Positions 11,048-23,369 of a stretch of DNA of 64,000 bases are shown here, one piece after another. Under the pieces are notes generated by a model that saw nothing but the letters and a program-made list of their open reading frames with translations, was not told the origin of the DNA and made no database searches. A program made the position numbers and the translations under genes. The stretch's first letter is position 1. Every line of letters starts with the position of its first letter. Location of the stretch: positions 1,055,952 through 1,119,951 of the forward strand of contig BFEA01000018.1 in the NCBI GenBank assembly GCA_003427395.1, in the 5' to 3' direction. This DNA comes from Chara braunii. Lineage: Eukaryota > Plantae > Charophyceae.

Positions 11048-13289
11048 TGGACCGTCCATTCTGTTGGGCATAGAAAGTTTCACAGAGTTACTTCTGCGGC
11101 GGTCTTCCTGAGACGAAGGCTGGAGGCCGGGCTCTCTGAATCTGCCGTGTAGATCTGCCAGCATCTAGTGAATCTAGTAATCAGCCACGTGGATCCCGAT
11201 GGTGGGGTGATCTCTGTGAGCATGCCATCCACTTTTGTCTCAAGGCAGCGTTTCGTTGTGTGTCATGTGCATCTCTCCAGTGACGTGTCCAATGCCACAT
11301 GGATCTGCCAGCGTGGAAGTAATGGTGTCTGTCGATGTCCACCTCTTTGTCGTTAGGTTCTCAAGCAGGAGCATGCTTTAATCAGATGCTACGTGGAAGT
11401 TTGCAGGGGTTGAGTACATCGGCAACATTATTACGCATACGACGTGCTATTACGCCAACAAGAGGTGTTAGAGTGAATGATGGATATTGAGAGCAACGAG
11501 AGGGAGCTGGCGGGTTCTATGGGCCTCTGCTTGTGAGAACGATGCTTCCTTTCCCATCAGGGCACGTATGCCACGTGAATAGATCTATCCTACTTCACCT
11601 CCCTTGTCTTCTTCCCTCCAAATTTCCCTATTGCTCCTATCCTCCCTTCTCAGTTGTTGGACTTCCTCTTCTCCTTCTATCTCCTGTTTTCTCTTCCGAT
11701 CTCCTCTCGTCCTCCTCCTCCTGCTCCTGATCCTCTTCCTCGTCTTCCTCCTGCTTCTGCCCTTCCCCCTCCTGTTTCTGCTCCCTCTTCCTTCTCCTGC
11801 TTCTGCTCCTCGTCCTCCTCTTCCACTTCTTACTACTCTGGGATCCCTCCTCCGACGGTCTCTTTTCCTCCTCTTCCTCATCCTCTTCCTCCGACGATCT
11901 CTTTCCTCCTCTTCCTCATCCTCTTCCTCCCCTTCATCTCCCTCCTCGTCTTACCATATCTGGCATCTCTCCTGCTCCTCCTCCTACCCTCCTGCTCCTG
12001 TCTTTTTCTGTCCCCACTACCGATCGTGCTCTTCCATTTCCTTTCCCCACGACGGCTCCCTTCTTCGAATCCGCCTCCTTTTGCATTTTCGCAGTCCTTT
12101 GGACGCTCCCTCCATCCTCTTCTTTCCTTTTCCCTGTCCAACCCCACCCTCCTCCTCTCTCTGCTCCTCTCGTACTCCGTGGAGCACTTTCAATCCCTGC
12201 TTCTGCTCCACATATTATGGTTGTCACGTCAAGCTCCAATGTTTGTTGTTGCCACGCCAACAGGGCCCCAGCCCCCTCTCCTGAACCCCCCTCGCGGCGC
12301 CTGAATTCTCATCCGCAGTACAATTTTTAGCAGTCCACATCACATCCATGCGTTGCTTGCCCACATCAGCCTCTTCCAGGTCATCGTCGGTGTCATAAAC
12401 TTTGAGACCTGGTTCGGATAAAACCCCCAGTAACAGGTCGCCTTGATCTTTTCCGATCAGCGCGTAGTTTTCCTCCCCTTCCTCCCTTTAAGACTTCTTG
12501 CTGTGAGGCATGAAGGCCTGCAGGTGTAAGACAGGGTCGTAAGACAAGGTCAACGCTGGTGGTCAAAGGGAGCATAATGTGCTTGGGGCTCAAGTTTCAT
12601 CGCCATGGTATTCCATTGTGGGCCACCTACTCCTTTTAAGAATTTCTTACTGTGAGGCACAAAGCGCCCTAGGCACAAAGCGCCCTAGGCACAAAAGATT
12701 GTGCGCCTCGCCGCCTCCTACTCCCAGTCTTTGCTTCCCCTCCCTCCTTCGAAGACTTTATTGCTGTGAGACCCAAAGGCCCGCAGGCATGAAGGTCATC
12801 AGCGGTAGGAGAGTGTGAATGCTGCTGGTGTACGGGAACATATTGCTTGCGGTGGCTTGAGTTTCATCTTCACGGTATGCCCTTTTGCATTGCCTAGTCC
12901 CATCCCAACATTTGCTCATGTTCAGAGCACACACACATAATAGGATTGGTTGTCGAAGATCTGTCGCATTTGAAAATCTGTTCTTCTCGCTCCTGATGCG
13001 AGGTGCTACTCACCGAAGAGAAGGGGAGAACTGCCTCTCATTCGTGTTATCTGTCAAGGTGGGCGCTTCATTCTCATAAGCAGCGGTGCATTTTGGCTGT
13101 CCTTTTGTCTTATACGTCTGTGTCACCATTTTTCATGTCATAATGGTGATGTTTCAGATACTTGCTGTTGCAGGGTAATGATGGTGTCGAAATATATTTA
13201 CCAGACTCACCATATGGATTGTGTGTAATTAATGCTCTTTCTTAGAGCAAAAAGAGCAAAATGAGGGAGCACACTTCACACACACACAA

Positions 13290-13485
13290 ATACTGCAAGC
13301 ATTTTAAAGGCACCACGTGCAGTCGTGTATAGTGAACATGACCACGCATCAACGCACACACTTACTGCAAGCATTTTAAAAGCTCACCACACATGCGCTG
13401 ACACCGTGAATACCACAAGCATTTTAAAGGCTCACCACACATGCGCTGACACCGTGAATACCACAAGCATTTTAAAGGCTCCACA
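13290..13485 (+). repeat. ~51-bp tandem repeat (CAAGCATTTTAAAGGCTCACCACACATGCGCTGACACCGTGAATACCA)
   Basis: Repeated units visible; the ORF translation repeats TSILKAHHTCADTVNT. Confidence 0.75.
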
Positions 13486-13849
13486 TCGTAAGACCGGTCT
13501 GATTATGCATATCTATGCATCTGGACGTTGATGTTTGGTCCAGTGCAGTGGTGATTGTTAACCCCTCCTCCCCCCATTACCAATTCACCACCCCCACCCC
13601 CACCCCCACCCCCGGAAAAGAAATGGCAAAAGAAGACTGAGAAAGTTGCTTTGTTCAGCCTTCATGTATTGGTGTGCGCACTATGCAATAGGGGTGGGGC
13701 CTATTGCACTTCACATTGCACCTCTTGCATGTTATGTTATTATTTTTTTGCCGCTTCCGCGATTCTAAGGTGGGGGCCCAACCCTGTACAACTTATCACA
13801 TTATTATCCCATAAATCTGGGGAGCATGGCTGGTTGCGCGTACTCGCGT

Positions 13850-13965
13850 ACACGTATTCCTGTACATGACACACGCGCGTACATGTAATCCCGTACGTAC
13901 GTGTACACGTATTCCTGTACATGACACATACGCGCGTACATGTAATCCCATACGTGGGAATACGT
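13850..13965 (+). repeat. Tandem duplication (GTACACGTATTCCTGTACATGACAC..GCGCGTACATGTAATCCC)
   Basis: Two consecutive copies. Confidence 0.7.
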
Positions 13966-14337
13966 TAAAAAAAAAAAAAATCGAAAAAATCTGAAAAAAA
14001 GTATGTTATGCAAAATGATATTTCAAACAACTTTTGCCTGAGACTCGTCTCAAAATTCTGTACCAAAGTCGAGTTAAAACTTAAAAGTCAAAAACACAAA
14101 GAACAAAGAAATTGAAATGAAGATAGAAAAAAAAGGAAAAAACAGAAGAAAATGAAAACAAAATTCTGTAACAACTATATGTGATGCAGAATCAGGATAC
14201 AAACGACTTTTGCCAGGGAGTCATCCCCGAATTCCCAACCAAACTCGAGGAAAAAAATCAAAAATTTAAACAAAAGTAATATTATCATAATAATTGAAAA
14301 ACTTTTTGAAAGTATTTTTTAATTTTTCATCCTTTAA

Positions 14338-14982
14338 ACCACTAGTGCCTTTGTGGGTTCGAAAATAATCGGCCTCCGACCTTTCAGGAGGCTGAAACGA
14401 AACGACGGCTGCCGATCAGATTTATCAACGGCGGGCTTGGCCTCCTGAAACTTCTGTGATTTTTTGCACTCCGAAAAATGCCTTGAAAACTCTGAAAATT
14501 GAAGAGTCTGTAGATTTGGTTGTGACTTTTCGATGAAAAATATTAAAAAAATATTTTCAGTGAAATAAATGGCGCGCCCATTTGTCTCATTCTTGGTTTT
14601 TGCCACTCTACTGCTTGTGGGCCAACGGGAAATGTACCCCAATTTCAGCGATTTTTCGCGCTCAGAAGAAATCGTAAAAAAATCTGAAAATCGGAGGGTC
14701 AATAGATCTGGTCGTGATCTTTCCAGGAAAAATATTCTAAAAATTTTTAAAAATCGTTTTAATCACGAAATAAGTGGTGGCGGTTAGTTGGCGGATTTTT
14801 CATTTTTGGGCCTCTGCCGGTTCTCCACACTATGCTACCGGTAGCCCTCATGAACATGTGCTACCGGTCCCCAGACTTTCATTTTTGGGTCTCTGCGGGG
14901 TCTCCACACTATGCTACCGGTAGCCCTCATGAACATGTGCTAACGGTCCCCCGACTTTCACAACGTCGGGTAGAGTGGTGGT
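14338..14982. mobile_element. Possible non-autonomous TIR element, related termini to 21710-22450
   Basis: TTAA|ACCACTAGTGCCT at the left and GTGGTGGT|TTAA at the right. Internal ~79-bp direct repeat at 14801-14958 and a subterminal CCGAC..GTCGG hairpin. The TIR match is short. Confidence 0.35.
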
Positions 14983-16332
14983 TTAACCACCATATTGTTT
15001 TCCAGCATACTGCATTAACATGGACATGTATGACATGCAGCATTCTTCCACCAGAGGTCAGCGGCACACATCATCCATTGCGCGTCAGCATTTCTCAAGC
15101 AGTGGCAGTGGAAGGTCGAGATCTCTCAGGCGAGGTCCCACAAGCAAAGATGATTGGGTTTGATGCCGGAATCTGTACGTGTTTGTGGCGGCATTCAGAA
15201 AATCACAACTGATCTCAATCTGTATCTCATCACGAAACACATTCAGATTCAGACATTTGATCTAATGCTCTATGTTAGTGTGACTGGGCCCTGGAATGGC
15301 CAGATGGACAGATTCTGGGGCATTTGAGAAATTCATGTAATTTATAGCTTGTTTACGTAATGAGCATAGATTACGGGCGCGGTTTTTCGGTTAGTATTTG
15401 GTACAGTATTTGATTGAAATTTGAAAGACAGTTTCTGTGTGAGGTTGCTCGCCTGTTTTAAACACCAGCACACCCCACACATTGTAATTCAGAGGAGCAG
15501 TATTTGGTCCAGTGGTACAATTGCATAAAAATCTGGAAGGCGTAAAAAAAGCCGCGTAATGGTAGCAACGTTTCGGCGTACTACGTACAGTTTCTGCACA
15601 AATGATGGAAAAAAAAGAGCTAAGTGCGCCAATTTACAGCAAGAACTTTTTTCAGGATTTGGAACTTTTTTTTTTTTTTTTCTTGGAAAGATCAGCAATA
15701 ATCTATGTGCCCGTTTTCTTCAGCTTGTTCAAAGCCACCCCTACGTTTCCCAGCCATTTTTTCAAAGATACTGCTTGCATGCTCCCCGCAATATTTTGGG
15801 GTCGGCAGCCCAATCAAAATGGATGGCAGCACCTGCCAAACCGAGGCCTGTGCCTGTCTGTTTATTTTTCGGTGCACAGGTTGGGGCCATTTCTTCCCCC
15901 CTGAATCTTGGACCCTACTTGTGGCAGTGGGGAAATTAGAAATAACTACGAATAAGAAAATAGTTTTGCATCCCTCGGGAGATTGGCACATAGTCTACAT
16001 ACCTTCTCTTTTCCAAAATTTTGAAGAATTGCCAAAGTTTGCTTTTCTTGAAACCGCTGCCGACCTCTGCATTGTATGGGCCTACCAGTCAACAAGGCCC
16101 TGTGATTTCAACTGGAGAATATTTCTTTTGTCGGGTTCCAGATGCTTGGTGCCAAAGGGGCTATATGGCCAATTTCAGAGTGGTGGGAACTGGTGGTTCC
16201 CGAACCTAAAGTGATGAACCGGGAAATGCGTTTCGCCGAGCACCCTGAAAGTGACTGGTACTGACCTGTGTACAAATGAAACTACTGGACCCTCTGTCAC
16301 CTGCTGGAAAGGAAAGCAGGCCTTTCTTTGTG

Positions 16333-16843
16333 TTTTTTTTTTTTTTTTTTTTTTTTCAACAGAAACAAAGGCCCCATCTATTCTGGGGGGCAGCAGTCCG
16401 GTTGCCTATCACCGGCAAGCATAGATCGATCAGTGTATAGATGGAATGTGCCTCTCAAAGGAACGAGGTCGGCAGTAATGTGGGTTAACACAGTGTTGCC
16501 AGATTTTGGGCTCGGGTTGGGATGTGTGTTAAGTAACTGTACATACTAGAATGGGATGGGTGATGTGAATGGCCTTTGGAAACGATGCTTGGGACAGGGA
16601 CAATCAGGACCCTCTTTGTTGGCGGCGTCCATGCCCAGGTGGTTGATGGACTCGCCCCCCCATGCACCTCCCCTCCTAGCTGCTGGCTCTGATATGCGAC
16701 TGGGTACCGAGGTGTTTCTCGGCTAGCAGAGCGGGTATCCTAGGAGGAGAGGTGGGAGGTGGGCGGCGGACCTTATCAACCCCCCCCCAGTAGGCGGCTC
16801 AAGCCCCAGGGATACGGCTCCTCCTCTTCGTTTCTCCCCTCAA
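16333..16843 (-). mobile_element. 5'-truncated LINE 3' UTR fragment with poly(A) tail
   Basis: T24 tract at 16333-16356. Carries the LINE 3' pseudoknot variant at 16371-16420. Possible TSD TTTCTTTGT at 16323 and 16844. Confidence 0.55.
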
Positions 16844-17209
16844 TTTCTTTGTATTTTCACTTCCTTGCCACTTCCTGACTTTTACAAAAATGCAGTTTCC
16901 CACCTCTACAGTACTCCCACGTTACTCCTACTCCTTGTACTACTACGACGACGACGAAACCTAACACTACTACTACAAACATGACACTGCAGCGACCTTC
17001 TTCACTGAAATAAAACGCGCGGTCACTATGGCTGTATCTGGGCTGAAACTTAGCTCAGATACAACTATAATGACCAGGCATTTTATTCGGGTGATAACTT
17101 CTTTTTTTTTCCTACATGTCATAAGTGTTTGTCTTTGTGTGTTATCATCTTCACTATCGAGTCGTATAGACGAAGTCCACAAACAAAGCATATGATTGTG
17201 CCAGACTGT

Positions 17210-17273
<64 letters not shown>

Positions 17274-17346
17274 AAGAAGAGAGAGAGAGGNNNNNNNNNN
17301 NNNNNNNNNNNNNNNNNNNNNNNNNNNNNNNNNNNNNNNNNNNNNN

Positions 17347-17427
<81 letters not shown>

Positions 17428-20400
17428 GCACTAGAGAGAGCCAAGGTGTCCATGCTGGTGTCGTGCGTCAACTTGTGCTAGCGTGTGTATGTGTGTTTGT
17501 GTGTGTGCACATGCATGTGTGTGTGTGAAATGGCTCCAACTCTTTTTCTCTTCGCATTCTTTTTTTTTTTTTTTTTTGCTCAGCGTTTTCGTATGCACTA
17601 CTTGCCCAACATAAAATAGAGTCGATAACGATAAAGAGAAAAAAATAAGGATAAAATATAAAACAAATTCATTTAAAATCAATGTTGTCGAGACTTAAAA
17701 CTGCTATGAAAATTGTTTAATCTGAATAAAATCAACCTTGTTCAATTTAAGTCAATGAAGAGTTTAATTCATACAGTATTGAATTGATGATTTAATATGT
17801 CAGGTTTCTTCATTTTATTCCTTATTTGTACAGGAAACATTCCAAGTCATTTACTTATATTTTTTACAAGTATGAATTTGAACGAATCGTGCATCATCGA
17901 ATTATTAAGTTGTGGTGAGTAATTAAATAGGGTTATCGAGTCATCTTCAAATAAAAAAGAAACTAAGAAAAACCTAAATGATAGCCCGTATATAAAAAGA
18001 TAGACATAAAATGCATAAGGTTTTTCAAACTTTTTTTTTTATTAATTTATTTGTCACAATTTTAATCTTAAAAGTAATATAGGGGAACATGTAGGTGGAG
18101 TTAGGGAGATAACAAATTCTATGTTATATAAAATATAGTGTAAAGGTAGACTATGAAATGAACAATATTGCCCCATTGCATAAGAAAACCTCTTGTTTTT
18201 TTGCCTTTACTGCCATTTATTCTTCAAATTAACAACGAGTATCAGAGAGTCGTTAGAATACTTTATTATACAATAACTTATTCCTTGGCTATACTTCTTT
18301 CAAATTCGATGTAAGAATATAAATCCATAATTTATAATCCTCGATTACCATATTTGAACCTCACTATTGCAGAAAGGGCTAAAAAAACATGGAATGGGGG
18401 GTATGCCAATGATTATAGGAAAAAGTGAGTGTAGAGCTTCAAATCGTAATTGGAATCTCTCGTGCGGTTTCAATTATGATTAAAGCGAAGGGGAAAGGTG
18501 AAGTGACAAATAAAAAAAGTATTTTGGATACCATCCTGTGCTCAACGACGTTTTTTCCCCGGCTGAAATGGTGCAAGGGTGTAGGACGGATCTCGGCTAC
18601 GGACGAGCGTTTGACAACGAGTTACAAAAATCTCATAATGAAAGTAGAGGGGCGCAAACAAGCAATTGTTTTCACAATTTCTCATTCTTTATGTGGCCTA
18701 TAGTCGAACGCTCTTGTTCTGCGTGTCGATTGTCAGAGCACAAAGTATGAGGCTAAAAATGAGCAATAGTCGACTAGAATTACCATTAGCTCATTAAAAG
18801 GCAGTAAGACGAAATAACGAGGGAAGATGTTGTCAACAATCACAAACCCATAATTGAAGACCGAGTACTACATCCTCGAAGGAAACTGATATGGTTGTCC
18901 AATCCTTGCTACAACATCGCGCACATCTCACTCACATACACGTGGCCTATCCTCGTTATATGGGAACTTCGGACACCAATTGGGATGTCCACACAATGAT
19001 GAAGCAAAGGATCATACGCGCTAGCAAACATTATGGAAGGATGTCTTATCAAGAGAGACAGAGACAATATTCATCATATGCATTTATTGTTCATAAGATA
19101 CACTGATGTATTCCTATTGAAACAGACCTGATGAATACGTACATTACTTGAACTAACATTACTCATTCGTACAAGCGGAAGATTGTAATGAGAGTCTTGT
19201 ACTCAATCGGCTTTATGAATATGAAGACGATAGTGATGAGCGACAACTACATACACTAAGACAAACGAAAAATGTAATAAACTGACCAACTTGCTATATA
19301 CCCGCTCATGCATGCAAAACGGCATATGATCTCAAATATAAATTCCTTCAGCTACCATCCGTAAGCGAATTTAACCAAACTCCGGAACATTCATATAACC
19401 TAATTTCATGATAAAAACAATCACATGAGTTTGCAATCATTCATTCATTTAGAAAAATACGCATTTCATGATTTTGTGTGGAAGTTAAGCAATCAAAAAA
19501 GAATAATCCAAATGAAGTCATTATTCATTTCGCCAATGAATCAAGCGAACCCAAATACTCTTGCACTTTCATAAATACCAATGCCATGCGTGTTTTTCTT
19601 GCAAGCAGAAAAATGTTACAAAAGACACTCACATGCAGTTCATTCATGGAAACGGGAAAAGGATGAACAATTGGCTCACAATCATACAACGACTAAAACC
19701 ATACATCCATTTACATATGCAATATTGTGAGACTCAGAGAAAAACATTATTCGAGACGAGATATGGACAAAAGAAACTGACACTTCGTCATGCAATCTCT
19801 TATTTAAAACAGATAGAAGAAGAAGAAGTCGGGGAGAAATACGTGAATCCTTCCACTCTCATATTCATGATGATGGCACCCTTACCAGCCTACACACGAT
19901 TATTTCTCACTTTGCCTAAGCAACGATGATCCCCGTCGTCGAGCATTGGACACACCTACTAGCAATTGTCACCCCGTTAACCCGACTCTTGCGCTGATTC
20001 GCCCAGATCCTGCATTCCAATACAGCGATCGATGCACTATCATGCAAAAGTCGTAGCAACCCCGTCGGGACTTTCCGACTTGCTGATCACTAGCATTGTC
20101 TAACGAAAACTCTAACCGAGTTGGCAGATAACATGTGTGAGAGAAAGAGAAGGACGTGTTTGTGGGATTTATAGTTGCGAAGGAGGCGAAGGAGGAATGG
20201 TGAGGAGGGACAGAGAAGGGATAGAATAGGGGAAAGAAGGCATGTCGAGAATTCCATGTTGATCCCACGAAGGTGTTAGCAGCCAATTGAATCGCACAGT
20301 GAGGGGTTCAAAGACACTCTACACACTTTATTTCACTTAGGTGTAAAGCATAACCAACATTCAAAGAGTTAAGCAGGAAGAGAAGGTGCAAAAGGAAGGA

Positions 20401-21354
20401 GAAGAAGACAATTACAATTTGTTGCGAAAGGCATAGAGGAGAAGGACGAAGAGCGCAAGGAATGATTATATGTAAGAGCGCGGGCAGAAAAGGCAACAAA
20501 ATAATTACACGAAATGTTAGTGAATGCTAGGTTTAATTCCTACAGTTAATTTAAAAATGAAAGGTCGGAAAATAAAATTTGAGCGAGCTCACTAAGGTGC
20601 ACGAAAAGTATATGTCGATTCCTATCTTCTTCTATTCAGAAATGAGTATTCGCACGAATTACAGGGGACAAAAAAAAAAAACATGAACTCAATGGATTAA
20701 CCGACGCAAAGCAACCCATGGATATCCCACTAAAGACCAAACTTGAAGAATTACGTTGGAATCCAAAAAGACAAAGCCGAAATTGAAAGAGGTATACGAA
20801 CTAGCGTGTAAGCTCGTGCGTCACGACGTTGTTCAACCTGCCTTTACTCGTCATGAGGCTTCTTTGGGCACACATCGACCTTGTGGAAATAGTGTCTGCC
20901 ACAAGTACACTAGGGTGTAAGCCTGTATGAGTTGACCTTCCAAGGTTTCGGAAGGCAAGATTCTCTCTCTTGCGGACTCTGGTCGACGCTGCGATATTCA
21001 CACAAACAATCACCAATTCCGCACTGCTTCCTTCACATTGGGGGGGATTGAACCCATACAACATCTCCAATAGAGGTCTCTACTGTGGCTTTCAGATAAC
21101 AATAAACATCTCGTCTAGTGATCTGATCTAGGGTTTATCTTGTCGGATTGTTCGTTTTTGAGAAAACTACGACAACTGGTCTCCATTTGGCCAAAGTTAT
21201 GTTCCTTGAAGAATTCCCAACGCCTGTCATGGCCAAGTACTTTCGGGTTGATTGTCAAGTTTATTTTATTTTATTTAAAAAAAGGCTAATTCTTTTGAGC
21301 CCAACCAATGCAATTACCTGTAAAATCTGGATAGGACAACCTTTCAGGCCTTTT

Positions 21355-21589
21355 TAATTATAGGGAACCCTGTAGCAGCCACATCCGCGCTCAAGCCTTG
21401 GACGAGGGAACATGTGGGCGAGTTGGGCACCCACCAGACAGTCTCTGCTAAATGTCATTGGGAAAACGAACCGCCTATCTCTAGGTGGCAGGCACCAAAC
21501 GTGCCCACGACGGTACATGAGGCCAATGGGAATTGAACACAAGACCTCCTGAATGCCACTTGTGTGCCTTACCAACTGAGTTAGACTGC
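21355..21589 (-). mobile_element. tRNA(Ala)-derived SINE-like element (head 21518-21589)
   Basis: Minus strand reads CTCAGTTGGTAAGGCACACAAGTGGCATTCAGGAGGTCTTGTGTTCAATTCCCATTGGCCTCA, with A- and B-box-like motifs. Homologous to the heads at 22878-22949 and 31756-31826. Confidence 0.7.
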
Positions 21590-21709
21590 TGGATTTGTTA
21601 AGGTTTTCCCGACCCCAGTCTTCTTTCTTTGAAATGCAAAGTGGAAAAGGAGTCTGGCACCAACGGACCTCTCTCTATATCTCTCTCCTCCCCCCCCCTC
21701 CCCCCTTAA

Positions 21710-21952
21710 ACCACCAGTACCTCTATCAGCTATCAAGTTCGAGGCTCGGACTACCGATAGCCCGATCATTCCCGAGCCTCGAACTTTATTGCCGAGCCTC
21801 GAGCAACCGGTAGTACATAAAGAAAAAAGAAAAAAGAAAAAAAAAACAAAAAAAAACATACAACATTATGCAAAAAAAAAAAAAGAAATTTGAGATGCCC
21901 AACGAGAATGAATCTTTCTCGATAAAGAGGAAGATTCATTCTCATGGGAGGT

Positions 21953-22004
<52 letters not shown>

Positions 22005-22190
22005 CGTCGGAATGTCTGACGCCGAGTTTGGGACGCTGAGTTTGGTGCGCCAAACTCGGCGTCCGACACTGCGCATCCCTTCCCCCCCCCATGACAACTT
22101 TCGAAATGCACAAGATCAGAATGAACTTCCCGCTAGAACATGGGCAGGTGCGCCCAAAAAACTTTGCACTTCGTTTTTGTATACTACGTA

Positions 22191-22261
<71 letters not shown>

Positions 22262-22450
22262 TGTGTCTTCTCCCCCTCCCCCTGCTTGCCGCGACCGTTT
22301 GTTTCTTCGTTCGTTACTTTTTGTTTTCGTCGACCTTTTTTTTTTGCCCGTTTTTTTGGGAATACTGGTCGTTCGTCGATGGGTACCACGCCCGACGCGG
22401 GGCGTTAACGGCCGCGTCGGCTTTTTCAAGCTGGGCAAGGTACTGGTGGT
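21710..22450. mobile_element. Non-autonomous TIR (MITE-like) DNA element, 741 bp, flanked by TTAA
   Basis: Perfect 13-bp TIR ACCACCAGTACCT / AGGTACTGGTGGT with TTAA on both sides (21706-21709, 22451-22454). Internal inverted repeats (TCGAGGCTCGG/CCGAGCCTCGA; GACGCCGAGTTTGG/CCAAACTCGGCGTC) and microsatellites. Confidence 0.7.
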
Positions 22451-22454
22451 TTAA

Positions 22455-22949
22455 CTAATCTATATTCTTCTCTCAATTCTTCGTATATATTTTCCTTATC
22501 TATCTCATCCTCTCGCTACTCTATGTATACTACGGGGGAACACCAACCAAACCTGGAACTCTCCCCAGCCCACGGGGTAGGTTGGCACCACGACATTGGT
22601 GCGAGAGCAAGGCTTGTATCAGCCCCTCATCACGATGATGCGGGGTGATCAGGCATTGCCAATGGGGGAAACTGGTGATGCTAGTGCCGAGCAGCTTTGG
22701 CCAATCTCTTGCACCTCTCCCTACCCCCCTCCAACCCCACATTAGCGGTGTCTAATGACCAATATCATTGCTGCATAGCCACCAACAGTATTTGGCCAAC
22801 GTCCTGCCAATGCTGGCTTGGAGAGCCAACGGGTTATCTCTAGCTGGTAGAACAACCAACTTGCCCAGGCACATACGTGAGGCCAATGTGGATTGAGCCC
22901 ATGACCTCCTGAATGCCACTTCTGTGCCTTACCAACTGAGCGAAGCCCG
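22455..22949 (-). mobile_element. tRNA(Ala)-derived SINE-like element, ~500 bp (head 22878-22949)
   Basis: Head GGGCTTCGCTCAGTTGGTAAGGCACAGAAGTGGCATTCAGGAGGTCATGGGCTCAATCCACATTGGCCTCA. The body shares GAGGTGCA(A)GAGATTGG with the 31756 copy and the tail with 50-150. Confidence 0.72.
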
Positions 22950-23016
22950 CAGGCTCAGTTGGTAGACCCATGAACTGCTGAAATGTGGACCTGGGTTCGA
23001 ACTCCCGGCCGGCAGA
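22945..23016 (+). other. Second tRNA-like (Pol III type 2) head, divergent from the SINE head
   Basis: A-box GGCTCAGTTGGTA and B-box GGGTTCGAACTCCC. No intact cloverleaf. Confidence 0.55.
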
Positions 23017-23097
23017 CTAGATGAAGGAAATAAAATAAAATAACTGTAAGTGTGGTCTGTTTGATGATGATATCTCGAGGTCGTCGCCCTTTCAAAA

Positions 23098-23366
23098 CGG
23101 TGGGTATGGCGGAGGGGGAAACTGTATCCACCTTCCCCCACGATCACCATATCGGCTATTGTAGTTACGGTGAGTACGGCGGAGGGGAAAACTACCCTCA
23201 CCACAGTACAGTCCGGTTCGATCACCAGATCGGCTATTGTAGTTACGGTGGGTACGGCGGAGGGGAAAACTACCCTCACCACAGTACAGTCCGGTTCGAC
23301 CACCAGATCGGCTATTGTAGTTACGGTGGGTACGGCGGAGGGGGAAACTGTATCCACCTTCCCCCC
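23098..23366 (+). repeat. 78-bp tandem repeat array immediately upstream of LINE ORF2
   Basis: Units ATCGGCTATTGTAGTTACGGTGGGTACGGCGGAGGGGAAAACTACCCTCACCACAGTACAGTCCGGTTCGA.. are bounded by a duplicated GGCGGAGGGGGAAACTGTATCCACCTTCCCC. Confidence 0.85.
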
Positions 23367-23369
23367 ATA

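Noticed and set aside
11533-12304. ORFs of more than 200 aa in a pyrimidine-rich tract
   Set aside because: Low-complexity sequence naturally depleted of stop codons, with no domain motifs.
23098-23366. Regular repeats as a CRISPR array (also 9078-9283 and 62967-63503)
   Set aside because: The units are full tandem copies without unique spacers, there are no cas genes, and the context is eukaryotic.
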